IMG/VR virus record: IMGVR_UViG_3300007255_000001
Coordinates: 1 to 64,000 of that record
Reading direction: 5' to 3' (one strand)
Origin: a virus
Length of the DNA: 64,000 nucleotides
Shown here: positions 27,464 to 36,147 of the stretch, piece after piece
How positions within the stretch are numbered: the first letter of the stretch is position 1
How the letters are laid out: every line of letters begins with the position of its first letter
Made by a program: the position numbers and the translations under genes
The notes under the pieces: model-generated
What the model saw: the letters and a program-made list of their open reading frames with translations, nothing else
Told to the model about the DNA's origin: nothing
Database searches by the model: none

Positions 27464-28352
27464 TGGCGATCTTCCTCTCGTGGTTAAAGAGTGCAGGCGT
27501 CGTAGGCCCCTCTGGGCAGTGCTGTGCGAACAGGAGTCGAGGAGCGGTAGCGGCCTCGGCCGTGCCTGTGGTGTCAAAGGGCGCCCAGTACGTCTCGGCG
27601 TTCACCGCCCCGCCCCACTTCATCGCGTAGTAGGCGCGGCTCTGTAGCTCGATCTGCCGCCGGATCACCGCCGCCTCCGCCGCCGGCAGCGTCTTCAGCG
27701 TGTTCGAGGCGTAGTGCAGGTACGGCACGTTCACCGAGAAGATCCGCGCGCCCTCCCCCGCGAGGAGGAGCCGGCGGTGGTAGTCGAGATCCTCACAGAA
27801 GGCGGGGATGAAGCGCTCGTCGAAGGCGAAGCGCTCGTGACACGCGCGGCTGATCAGGAAGCAGGAGAAGTCGGGGCCGCCGAGGTGCATGGGGCGGCCG
27901 AGCCCGCGCTCGTCCGGCGCGGTGAGGAGGACGTCGGGGGTCGGGTGGTACGCAAAGTCCGCCTCGGTCACGCCGACCGCGGAGACGAAGAGCGCGTCGC
28001 TGTGCCCCATCACGCTACTGAGCTGGTAGACAGTGTCGGGGCGGAGTCGGACATCGTTGTTCACCACCAGCGCCTCACTCCCGCCCGCCTCCCAGACGAA
28101 CCGGAGTGCGCGGTTCCACGTCGCGGCGAGACTCGGGAGCGGGGGCTGATGTGACCAGATGAGGATCCGGTCGGGATACTCCTCGGCGAGCCGCTCCAGG
28201 TGCGCGCGGAAGGGATCGTCGACGCCTTGGTTGATCACGAGGAGGCGCGTCGGGATCGACTGCGCGAGGCAGTCGGCGATCGCGGCGGTGGTCTTCTCCT
28301 GATCGGCGAGGACGGGCATCACGATCCAGACGAGCTGCTCACTCTCACTCAT
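27429..28352 (-). CDS. Glycosyltransferase family 2 (GT-A fold)
   Basis: N-terminal VWIVMPVLADQEKTTAAIADCL ... LLVINQG ... ATWNRAL ... VVNNDV is the typical GT2 layout. Confidence 0.75.
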   Translation of the reverse strand: MSESEQLVWIVMPVLADQEKTTAAIADCLAQSIPTRLLVINQGVDDPFRAHLERLAEEYPDRILIWSHQPPLPSLAATWNRALRFVWEAGGSEALVVNNDVRLRPDTVYQLSSVMGHSDALFVSAVGVTEADFAYHPTPDVLLTAPDERGLGRPMHLGGPDFSCFLISRACHERFAFDERFIPAFCEDLDYHRRLLLAGEGARIFSVNVPYLHYASNTLKTLPAAEAAVIRRQIELQSRAYYAMKWGGAVNAETYWAPFDTTGTAEAATAPRLLFAQHCPEGPTTPALFNHERKIANGQTPRRPEPL

Positions 28353-28789
28353 AAGGCCACCACCGTAAACCGATCATCGAGTACCGGCTGCAGGATCGGG
28401 CGGACCTCGCGCGCCCAGTCCCGCCGGCCGTTATTGCACCCTGGCCGGGACAGCACCACCGCCGTCCAGCCCTCCACCTCGGTCAGCGCGGCCAATTCCC
28501 TCGCCGACTGCGCGATCAACTCCAGATCGGCGCGCTCGTTGTAGACATGCTTCACCGGGAAGCTCACCAACGGGACCCCGTCGCAGTTCCGATCGATGAT
28601 GCCGACGTGGTTGCCCTGCCGCTTCAGGAGCGCCCCGAGCGCGAGCCTCATCCCGAAGTAGCGTTGCGTCGCTTGCAGCGCGACCCCTCGCCCCATCACC
28701 GCCCGGCCATTCGCCTTGACCGTGCCGTTCGTGGTGATGCAGCGGGCATCGGCGGGGTAGGTCCAGAGATCGGCTAACTCTTCCCGCAT
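28349..28789 (-). CDS. Macro-domain-like protein (Macro_2-type, ADP-ribose binding/processing candidate)
   Basis: The ATG at 28789 has an ATGA overlap. Motif order ITTNGTVKANGRAVMGRGVALQ ... FPVKHVY ... ADLELIAQSAREL ... SRPGCNNG. Confidence 0.5.
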   Translation of the reverse strand: MREELADLWTYPADARCITTNGTVKANGRAVMGRGVALQATQRYFGMRLALGALLKRQGNHVGIIDRNCDGVPLVSFPVKHVYNERADLELIAQSARELAALTEVEGWTAVVLSRPGCNNGRRDWAREVRPILQPVLDDRFTVVAL

Positions 28790-29031
28790 CACCACTCCGG
28801 CGGCGCCGTCAGCCGCAGCTCCCACCTCGGGACCGTCCACCCGTGCGCCTTCGCCTGTGCCTTCCGCTCCGCCTGCGTATACCCGGCGGCATCGTAGTGC
28901 CCGCGCGCCACATCGAGCAGGAAGGTCCAACAGCCGACCCACACGCTTACGCAGCACCGGTGACAATGATGCGGCCCGGGCCAGCCGATCCCAGTCTCAC
29001 CGCAGCTCCCCGGCACCCTCCAGCCCTTCAC
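28789..29031 (-). CDS. Small Cys/His-rich protein
   Basis: The GTG at 29031 has a GTGA overlap with the upstream stop. 80 aa with SCGETG ... HHCHRCC. Confidence 0.4.
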   Translation of the reverse strand: MKGWRVPGSCGETGIGWPGPHHCHRCCVSVWVGCWTFLLDVARGHYDAAGYTQAERKAQAKAHGWTVPRWELRLTAPPEW

Positions 29032-29198
29032 AAGCGCGGTGGACGTCGGGTCACCTGCGCGTACACCGCGGCCAGGATCCCCACCGCGAGCGCCCCCGCC
29101 AGCCATCCGCCCCCCTCAACCGCCTGGGCGGCGCCGATCACCAGCAGGCCCCCGGCGATCAGCGTCAGCGTGAGGATCACGCCGGTCCGCAAGACCAT
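29028..29198 (-). CDS. Small two-TM membrane protein
   Basis: ATG at 29198 (alternative GTG at 29210). Hydrophobic segments VILTLTLIAGGLLVIGAA and WLAGALAVGILAAVYA. The stop is coupled by GTGA to the next gene. It overlaps 29116..29307 out of frame. Confidence 0.35.
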   Translation of the reverse strand: MVLRTGVILTLTLIAGGLLVIGAAQAVEGGGWLAGALAVGILAAVYAQVTRRPPRL

Positions 29199-29307
29199 GC
29201 ATCCTCCCACAGACCACGCAGTAGACCGAGCCGTCCGGCTTCGCCTCCAATAAGGTCAGGTCCTCGTTCCCGCAGTGTGGGCAGATCGGGACGAGCACCT
29301 CGGTCAC
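29116..29307 (-). CDS. Zinc-ribbon mini-protein
   Basis: The GTG at 29307 has a GTGA overlap with the methyltransferase stop. Motif CPHCG ... CVVCG. The true 3' end is uncertain because of the overlap with 29028..29198. Confidence 0.4.
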   Translation of the reverse strand: MTEVLVPICPHCGNEDLTLLEAKPDGSVYCVVCGRMHGLADRRDPHADADRRGPAGDRRRPGG

Positions 29308-30581
29308 GGGACGACCGGCATCGGCGCCGCCTCCAGCCCACGTGATCCCTGGGTCACCACCGTCACGCGCGGGAGCGGCAGCAGCAGGGATCCGCCCGCC
29401 GCCAGGTACGCCGCCTCCCGTTTCGCGAACGCGTCGGCGAACTGCCACGCGCCGACCAGCAGGGTGTGCGGGGGGTCGGCCCGCCCGGTCCCCTCACTCA
29501 CAATCGGGATCCCGGTCGCCGTCGTCCGCCCAACCTTCTCGGGGCTGCGCTCCCACGCCTGTCGGACGAGCGCGCCGTCGATGCCGCAGTACTGGAGGAG
29601 GGTATTCGCCTTGGTCGATGCGGCGTAGAGATCCACCGTGACGCCTGTGTCGTGGAGCGCATCGAGCGCGGCGCGGATCTGCCGACGCGTCTCGCCGACC
29701 TGCCAGGCGAAGCGCTCCAGGGTCGACCAGTGATCGCAGCCGGCTTCGAGATCGAGCTGCCGACGGACGCGCGCGCCCTCGCGGTGGTGCCCGTGCTGCA
29801 CGTAGCAGCGGAGGCTCCCGCCGTTGATGTCGCGGATCTCACAGTCGATCACCTTCAGGTTGTGCGGGCGGAGGAGCTCGCTGAAGCTCCGGAGCGAGTA
29901 GTAGACCAGGTGCTCGTGACAGAGGTTGTCGAAGGCGGTCTGGCGCACCATCGACCAGAGATCCTGGAACTGGACGACCCAGACGCCGTCGGGGTGGAGG
30001 AGGCTGTTCACGGCCGAGACGAACACATGCGGATCATCTGAGCCGTAGACCATCGCGATCGTGGTGATCACCTTCGCACGGCCGGCCAGATCGAGGCGCG
30101 GCGCCCGCAGGGTCGTCCATCCGAAGTAGTCGGGGATCAGCCATTCGCAGTGCGCGGCCAGCGCCGGCTGGAGGTTGTCCGCCGGCTCGAACGCCACCCG
30201 CGGGATCGTCCGCGTCGTCGCGTGATCGCGATAGCACGCCAGCAAGGTCCCGTCGTTCGCGCCCACATCGATCACCACATCCCGCGCCGGGTTGATCGTC
30301 ACCTGCTGCAGCGCCTGGGTCACCACGTCGGCGAGCTCCGCCTGCATGACCTCGTTCACGCCCGAGCGGTACCAGTACTGCCGGCGGTAGAGGACGTCGG
30401 GCTCGACCGTGTGCCGGAGCTGCACCAGTCCGCAGAGGCGGCACAGGGCGAAGTCGATCGGGACCGCGTCGGTCGGCGGATCCCCCGGGGCGGGGAAGGT
30501 CGAGAGCGCGAGCCGGCCGAGCGCGAGCAGCGTGTCGAGCGGGCCGCCGCAGGCGCGGCAGTCGCGCGGTTGATAGATCAT
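29304..30581 (-). CDS. NDP-hexose C-methyltransferase-like enzyme (TylCIII/Methyltransf_13+14 type)
   Basis: The ATG at 30581 has an ATGA overlap. N-terminal zinc motif CRACGG ... CRLCGLVQL, then YWYRSGVN, SAM motif VIDVGANDG and a C-terminal C-methyltransferase-type domain. Confidence 0.65.
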   Translation of the reverse strand: MIYQPRDCRACGGPLDTLLALGRLALSTFPAPGDPPTDAVPIDFALCRLCGLVQLRHTVEPDVLYRRQYWYRSGVNEVMQAELADVVTQALQQVTINPARDVVIDVGANDGTLLACYRDHATTRTIPRVAFEPADNLQPALAAHCEWLIPDYFGWTTLRAPRLDLAGRAKVITTIAMVYGSDDPHVFVSAVNSLLHPDGVWVVQFQDLWSMVRQTAFDNLCHEHLVYYSLRSFSELLRPHNLKVIDCEIRDINGGSLRCYVQHGHHREGARVRRQLDLEAGCDHWSTLERFAWQVGETRRQIRAALDALHDTGVTVDLYAASTKANTLLQYCGIDGALVRQAWERSPEKVGRTTATGIPIVSEGTGRADPPHTLLVGAWQFADAFAKREAAYLAAGGSLLLPLPRVTVVTQGSRGLEAAPMPVVP

Positions 30582-31249
30582 GGGCGCTTCACCAAGCAGA
30601 GCGACGCGAATGAATAATCGTAGACGTGGGCGCCGTGGTAGTCCCAGTCGCACTCCCCGAGCGACTGGAACTGCTGGCGATTGAGCGTTGCACGGGTGTA
30701 TTGCCACCAGAGCCGGTTGAAGATCCGCTTCCGCATCCAGTGGAAGTGATACGTGTCGGTCGGCCAGTCGCCAGGGGCGGGACCATCGCCGTCGCAGCAG
30801 TCCATCGTGAGGAAGAGCAGCCCGCGCGGTGCGACTAGACAGCTCAGGTGGTAAAGGAACCGATCGAGATCGCTGACGTGCTCCAGGACCGAGAGACAGA
30901 AGACACAGTGCGCCAGCTCCGTCCCCGCGGTGACGAAGCGCTCCAGCGTGTACGGGAGGTGGTGCGGCCCCTCCGCCTCGGTGACGGTCGGATCAACGAT
31001 CCGCGCGTTGACCAGCAGGTGAAACGGGCTGCCGGCGCCCCCCACATCGTAGACGAGGGCGCCGTAGAGGCCGACCTCGGTCTGCCAGCGGTAGTAGGCA
31101 TCGAGCGCGAGGGCGTACTCCCAGCGCCGCAGCGGGTGCTGCTCCCGCGCGCCAGGAGCACCGGTGAAGTACTCGTCGACCTGTGCCAGCTCCTTCGGGA
31201 GGTGCGCGAAGTCGGTGTCGGCGAGCGTCTTGGTGAGGGGGAGCGTCAC
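30578..31249 (-). CDS. Class I SAM-dependent methyltransferase
   Basis: The GTG at 31249 has a GTGA overlap. Motif I is VYDVGGAGSPF, with a later CLSVLEHV motif typical of Methyltransf_11/23-like enzymes. Confidence 0.65.
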   Translation of the reverse strand: MTLPLTKTLADTDFAHLPKELAQVDEYFTGAPGAREQHPLRRWEYALALDAYYRWQTEVGLYGALVYDVGGAGSPFHLLVNARIVDPTVTEAEGPHHLPYTLERFVTAGTELAHCVFCLSVLEHVSDLDRFLYHLSCLVAPRGLLFLTMDCCDGDGPAPGDWPTDTYHFHWMRKRIFNRLWWQYTRATLNRQQFQSLGECDWDYHGAHVYDYSFASLCLVKRP

Positions 31250-32247
31250 GCGAGGAGCCTTCGGTATAACTGCGCGTAGTTCGCGCCTAGCTTCGTCCAG
31301 GAGTCCTGCTGCGCGAGCGCCACCATCCCGGCATCGACCCGCCCGAGGATCGTGTTCGAGAGCCGCTGCTGGAACTCCTCGAAGGTCCGGCACCACCGCA
31401 CGTACTTGTTGGCGATCGGGTCCGCAAAGAGCGCCCGGAACTGCCGGCAGGTCTCGAACGCGAAGACCGGTTTGCGCGCTGCAATCCCCTGGAGCACCGC
31501 GCCGCTCTGTCCCGAGTTCGCGCAGGTATAGCAGAAGGCGGTCGCGTCACAGCCGGCGAGCAGCTCAACGACCTGATCACGCGGCGTGAACTCCGGGATC
31601 ACCCAGAGATCAGGGTGGCGACTCTGCCAGTCGACCACTTGTTCGGTCGTCGCGCCGGGGGCGATCAGCAGGAGTGCCCAGCCGACCTCGCGCGTGAGAT
31701 CGCAGAGCCGCTCGTAGTTCTTCCACGGGAAGGCGAAGCCGACCGTCCCGAGCACGGGCTGCGCGTCCCACCCCTTGAAGCACCACCGTAGCGTTCGCCA
31801 GTACGGATCCGGCGGGTGGCTCCCGTGGAAGGTAAACTGCATCGGCGATCGCGGCGGCGGGACGCCCATCCGCCAGTAGATCGCGTTCGGCAGGCCCTCG
31901 CAGGGCTCATGCACGATGAAGGCGTCGGCGGCGTCGCACAACTCACGTGAGAGATCGTCGGGCGGGTGCTCCCCGAAGGTGTCGTGGAAGGTGATGACCA
32001 CCTTGCGGTGCTTCGCCACCTGCCGGACCTTCTCCGGCGTCCAGCGCGAGTGGAGCGCGCGGTGATAGTTCAGGTGCAGGAGATCCCAGCCGTGCCGGTA
32101 GGGATCAGCGGCGGCGGGATCGAGCGCCTCCGGCGTCGGGTGGATCGCAATCCCATGATCCGCCGCCTCCACCGCCGCCTTCAAATAGGCGGAGTGCTCC
32201 GCGATCCCGCACGCGGTGTCCCACGTCGTCGCGAGCAGGACGTTCAC
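31246..32247 (-). CDS. GT-B fold glycosyltransferase (group 1/GT4-like)
   Basis: 333 aa with a GTGA overlap at the start. N-terminal MNVLLATTWDTACGIAEHS and a C-terminal acceptor/donor half with SGQSGAVLQGIAARKPV. Confidence 0.6.
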   Translation of the reverse strand: MNVLLATTWDTACGIAEHSAYLKAAVEAADHGIAIHPTPEALDPAAADPYRHGWDLLHLNYHRALHSRWTPEKVRQVAKHRKVVITFHDTFGEHPPDDLSRELCDAADAFIVHEPCEGLPNAIYWRMGVPPPRSPMQFTFHGSHPPDPYWRTLRWCFKGWDAQPVLGTVGFAFPWKNYERLCDLTREVGWALLLIAPGATTEQVVDWQSRHPDLWVIPEFTPRDQVVELLAGCDATAFCYTCANSGQSGAVLQGIAARKPVFAFETCRQFRALFADPIANKYVRWCRTFEEFQQRLSNTILGRVDAGMVALAQQDSWTKLGANYAQLYRRLLA

Positions 32248-32633
32248 ACCTTCTCCTTCGCGTCGCTGTCACCGGCATCCTTGTTGATCGTCTGAATCAG
32301 CTCCGCCCGCCGATCGTTCATCGCCTGCAAGTGGAAGGCGAGATCCATGATCGTCACGAGGTCCTCGGGGCTGTACCCGGTCGGCCGCGGCACGCGCCAC
32401 GCCCGCAACTCGTCCTCCCCATGCCAGATCGCCGCGTTCACCGCCGCCAGCTCCAGCACCCCATCGAACCACTTCCCGTTCAAGGTCCTTGAGCGGATCT
32501 GCGCCCGGAGCGAGGCCTGCTCGGATTCGAAGTGCGCGGTGTCTTTCCCACTCTCACGCGCGTAGAGGATCTTCAGCGCCAAGATCGACAGGCGGTCGGA
32601 GATCTCGCCGGCGCCGACGTTGAGGAGTTTCAT
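32244..32633 (-). CDS. Small helical protein resembling the DUF6165 family that accompanies sugar-modifying genes
   Basis: 129 aa with N-terminal GAGEISDRLSILALKILYA followed by a helical body. The family assignment is from memory of the consensus and is not verified. Confidence 0.4.
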   Translation of the reverse strand: MKLLNVGAGEISDRLSILALKILYARESGKDTAHFESEQASLRAQIRSRTLNGKWFDGVLELAAVNAAIWHGEDELRAWRVPRPTGYSPEDLVTIMDLAFHLQAMNDRRAELIQTINKDAGDSDAKEKV

Positions 32634-33484
32634 GCGATCGCCTTCGCCGGCCGCCGCGCTAGGGCCGCCTCGATCGCGTCCCCGAGGTGCCGCGCGTCAA
32701 AGGTCGGTAGACCATCCCCGCCCCGGACCAGCGTCACCCGCGGCCCATCCTGTCCATACGGCCAGAAGATCGGATGATGGCGCGCCGCCGCCGGCTCGAC
32801 GATCACGGCGGGCGTCCCCATCGCACACGCCAGGACGTGCAGCGCGGAGCAGCACCCCACGAACACGTGCGCCTCGGCGAGCCACGCCGCGGCGGCGATC
32901 CAGGTCACGATCACGGGCGAGGCCGTCTCCGCTGAGGACCACCGGGGCGACGTGCTCAGATTCACGATCGCGCGCGAGGGGGCGAACCGCACCCAGAGCA
33001 ACTGGTACAGCCCGTACTTCAACTCGAACCACTCGTCGGTGAACCCGACCACGATTTCGGCCGGGTAGATCCGATAGGGGGCGCGAATCCACGGGCGATC
33101 CAGCCCGAGGTCGAGCGGGAGCGCCTCGTGCAGCACGCGGTACTCCGTGATCGCCGTCTGCCAGACTTCGATCGGCAGGGAGGGCGCCATCGGCCACTGG
33201 CGGTACCCGAGGTGGAAGACCTGATCGTAGTCGGCGCCGTCTACCACACTCGGCGGCTGCCACGGGGTGATCGGGGCGGTCTGCTGGACCTCCCAGCTCA
33301 GGAGCCGGATGACCCGCCCGAGGTAGGGCTGATGCCGGAGGAGCGCCCTGAAGCCGTCGGGGCCGTAGCGCTCGGAGAGGGCCAGATCCACCGGCTGATC
33401 GAACGCCTCGGCGATCAGCCGCACCGTCGGGAGCGCCCAGAGCGTATCGCCGAACTTCCCGGGGAAGGTTACTAGAATACGCAC
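32630..33484 (-). CDS. Glycosyltransferase family 9 (heptosyltransferase-like)
   Basis: N-terminal MRILVTFPGKFGDTLWALPTVRLI and C-terminal GCCSALHVLACAMGTPAVIV match the GT9 layout. ATGA overlap at the start. Confidence 0.65.
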   Translation of the reverse strand: MRILVTFPGKFGDTLWALPTVRLIAEAFDQPVDLALSERYGPDGFRALLRHQPYLGRVIRLLSWEVQQTAPITPWQPPSVVDGADYDQVFHLGYRQWPMAPSLPIEVWQTAITEYRVLHEALPLDLGLDRPWIRAPYRIYPAEIVVGFTDEWFELKYGLYQLLWVRFAPSRAIVNLSTSPRWSSAETASPVIVTWIAAAAWLAEAHVFVGCCSALHVLACAMGTPAVIVEPAAARHHPIFWPYGQDGPRVTLVRGGDGLPTFDARHLGDAIEAALARRPAKAIA

Positions 33485-33951
33485 GCGATTGGCCTCATCG
33501 TGAATGGGCGAGGAACTGCTCCCGCGGCACGTTTACGCAACAGAGTACGGATCCGACCGCAGGCCCGACATTGACGCTGCCTTCCTGATCGCGTTGTCGA
33601 CCAGAGCGTGTTCGCGTCGTCGAACGGATGACCGGATGGACAGTGTGTTTTCCGAGCATTGATCGCTGCAGGAGCGATCGGGCTTCGGAGGGTATTCACA
33701 CGTTGTGTTGCAGGGTCACAGTGTTGTTCGTCTGGACGGATACAGTGTCGTACGCGGCAGACGTGATCGAGGGTGAACCCCTCCGGGATTGGCCCTTTTA
33801 CGATCTCGTACGCGACGCGGTGAGCGAGCATCGTCTCCCCCTCCAACCAGAATTTCCCGTAGCCGGCTGGTGTCAATCCTGCAACCCAGAGCCAGCAACT
33901 AGGGGTAATCCGTACCTTCGACCAGAAGCGATCGGTGCAGAGGATCCTCAT
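33472..33951 (-). CDS. HNH endonuclease
   Basis: The ATG at 33951 has an ATGA overlap. Motifs AHRVAYEIVKGPIPEGFTLDHVCRVRHC and later Cys pairs CPSGH ... CRAC. The locus is locally AT-richer than its neighbours. Confidence 0.75.
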   Translation of the reverse strand: MRILCTDRFWSKVRITPSCWLWVAGLTPAGYGKFWLEGETMLAHRVAYEIVKGPIPEGFTLDHVCRVRHCIRPDEQHCDPATQRVNTLRSPIAPAAINARKTHCPSGHPFDDANTLWSTTRSGRQRQCRACGRIRTLLRKRAAGAVPRPFTMRPIACVF

Positions 33952-34469
33952 GGCTGATAGCTCCACGGCAGCAGCGCCGCCGAGCCTTCGATGACACACC
34001 GACGGGCGGCCTCGTCGGTGAGCAGATGCGCGGAGAAGGGGAGGCCGTCCTGGAGCGCCCGCGCGAGCCGATGGTTCCCGTCAATCAGGACGTAGTGGAT
34101 GGCCCCGTCCCAGACCAGCGGGGCGGCGATCCCCGGGAGGCTCGGGTCAACAAAGGGGAGTTTCGCCGGCTCCCAGCTATTGCGCTGCGCAATGTTCTGC
34201 ATCTCGGCTGGCTCGATCGGGACCGTGGTGCGGATCTGCCCCGCGGCGACACACTCCTGCGCGAGGGTGACGTCCCACCGGACGAAGCCGACATTCGGGA
34301 CGTCGTACCGGAAGGCCTCATGCTTGACGTGGGTGATCTGCAGCGTCCAGTCGACGTCATCGAGGAAGCGATGGCAGGCCCCGCAGTAGCGTTGTGTCAC
34401 ATCGTTCCGGTTGTAGCTGACCCGCCCACAGAAGGGACACGTCAGCGAGGGGAGGATCTCGGGGCTCAT
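33948..34469 (-). CDS. Zinc-ribbon + ParB/Srx-like domain protein
   Basis: N-terminal CPFCG ... CGAC. C-terminal YVLIDGNHRLARAL is a ParB N-terminal-domain-type DGxHR motif. Confidence 0.5.
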   Translation of the reverse strand: MSPEILPSLTCPFCGRVSYNRNDVTQRYCGACHRFLDDVDWTLQITHVKHEAFRYDVPNVGFVRWDVTLAQECVAAGQIRTTVPIEPAEMQNIAQRNSWEPAKLPFVDPSLPGIAAPLVWDGAIHYVLIDGNHRLARALQDGLPFSAHLLTDEAARRCVIEGSAALLPWSYQP

Positions 34470-34482
34470 CGGTCACTCCAAT

Positions 34483-35970
34483 TCACAACCACGGCCTCAG
34501 TCTCGGGTCCGCCACACACCGCTCGATCAGCGCCGCCTCACTCCCCACCACCCGCAGCCCCGCCCCGGTGCGGGCGCGGGAGAGCGCCACATACAACATC
34601 CCAGGCGTCTTGAAGAAGGCATCACGGATGTTCACCTGCACCCGATCGAGACTCAGCCCCTGCGACTTGTGGACCGTCGACGCATACGCCACTCGGAGGG
34701 GCATATAGGCGATCCACCCGACGATCTCGAACTTCCCGTTTTCGGTGATGAGTTCGGTCTTCCCCTGGTCGCGCAGCTCGCGGCGCCGGGCGGCGTCACA
34801 CGGGATGAGCACCTCCCGCCGGACATAATGTACCTCGACCTCCGCCCCGGTGCGCTGCAACTTCACGATCGCGGTCTGCTCATCCCCGTCCACCACCTCC
34901 CCGAGATCCCCGTTCACATACACAAACGGTTGCGGCGGCGGTCCTTCTCGCCGGAGGTTCGCGAGGATCATCACGAGCGCCCCGACCTTCAGGTGCAGGC
35001 GCAGCGGAATCCCCCAGGTCTGCGGCGGCTTGTCGGGGTTGCCCCACTCCGCCCGCTGCTTCCCCTCCCGGTGCGATTCGTAATAGAGGTCGGTCCCCTG
35101 CACCCGCGTGAGCCGGATCCAGTTATACCGATCGACCGTCGCGTTCTTCGCCATGAGCGTCGGGCCTTCGAAGGCGTCATCGGTGTCGGCGTGGATCCCG
35201 CCGTTCGCCCGGAGATACGTCAGCACCGCCGCGCCGTTCCCGAGGCGCGCCTGCCGGAGCGCCTCGATGAAGGCGGGGTCGGCCTGCCGTCGGATCTCGC
35301 TCAGGGTGATCGTCTGCTCCGCGAACCGGCCCCACTCCGGACTCTCCCACGCAAAGGCCCCGTTCACCGGCGGGAGCTGCGCGAAGTCCCCCACGAGCGT
35401 CAGGCCCATCGCCGGTGGCGCGGCCTCGTCTTCCTCGGTCCACGTCCCCAGGACATACCCGCGGCCGTTGACCTCCTCGATCCCCTTGACCAAATAGGTC
35501 AACTGGTCCCCGTCCAGCATGCTCACCTCATCGAGCACCAGCCGTTTTACTCCCGCCCGCCACAGCCGGCCCAGGCGCGCCGTCAGAAACCCGTTCGTAT
35601 AGCTCTCCTGGAGACTCTTCGTATCGAAGTAGCCGAGGAGCGCATTGATCGTGGTGCCCCCGCAGTTGATCGCGGCGATCCCAGTCGTGGCGCAGAGCTC
35701 TAGTCCTCCTCGTCCCCCGTCTCGGGCCGCCCACTCCTTGACGGCGAAGGTCTTCCCCGATCCCGCGGCGCCGCAGAGGAAGCAGAAGTCGGGGACCGGA
35801 TCGGGCCAGAGGCGGACGGGGTCGGCGACCCGCTCAGCGTCCGCGCCGCCTGCACGCCCTCCGTGAACGCCCGGAGCGCCGGGGAGGGCGGTGTCGAGGT
35901 CGGCGCCGTTGGGTCTCCCGTCCGCCGCAGCAGCCGGCGCCGGATGACCCGCCCCTGATACGCCCGCCAC
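34483..35970 (-). CDS. Pif1/RecD-family SF1 helicase (5' end unresolved)
   Basis: Walker A CGAAGSGKTF, Walker B LVLDEVSMLD, and the C-terminal STVHKSQGLSLDRV ... LYVALSRAR signature. No ATG/GTG/TTG lies just upstream of Walker A. The track ORF runs to 36132, but the codon bias there favours another frame. Confidence 0.8.
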   Translation of the reverse strand: MAGVSGAGHPAPAAAADGRPNGADLDTALPGAPGVHGGRAGGADAERVADPVRLWPDPVPDFCFLCGAAGSGKTFAVKEWAARDGGRGGLELCATTGIAAINCGGTTINALLGYFDTKSLQESYTNGFLTARLGRLWRAGVKRLVLDEVSMLDGDQLTYLVKGIEEVNGRGYVLGTWTEEDEAAPPAMGLTLVGDFAQLPPVNGAFAWESPEWGRFAEQTITLSEIRRQADPAFIEALRQARLGNGAAVLTYLRANGGIHADTDDAFEGPTLMAKNATVDRYNWIRLTRVQGTDLYYESHREGKQRAEWGNPDKPPQTWGIPLRLHLKVGALVMILANLRREGPPPQPFVYVNGDLGEVVDGDEQTAIVKLQRTGAEVEVHYVRREVLIPCDAARRRELRDQGKTELITENGKFEIVGWIAYMPLRVAYASTVHKSQGLSLDRVQVNIRDAFFKTPGMLYVALSRARTGAGLRVVGSEAALIERCVADPRLRPWL

Positions 35971-36047
35971 GCGAGCCGCATCACCGCCAGCGTGATCAGG
36001 GCCGCCAGAATCGCCAGCAGGAGTGCCACGCGTTCGTCTGTCAGCAT
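35700..36047 (-). CDS. ORF with an N-terminal TM helix overlapping the helicase 5' region (possible frameshift partner)
   Basis: The ATG at 36047 gives MLTDERVALLLAILAALITLAVMRLAW. Third-position G/C bias supports this frame down to about 35830, after which the helicase frame takes over. Confidence 0.35.
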   Translation of the reverse strand: MLTDERVALLLAILAALITLAVMRLAWRAYQGRVIRRRLLRRTGDPTAPTSTPPSPALRAFTEGVQAARTLSGSPTPSASGPIRSPTSASSAAPRDRGRPSPSRSGRPETGDEED

Positions 36048-36147
36048 GTCCGCCTCCTCCGTCTACTCCGTCCTGAATAGTACGTACGGGCTCGTGTGTG
36101 AGTCTGAGATCGGACGCGACCGGGAGCGGCACCTGTGGGATCAGGAC

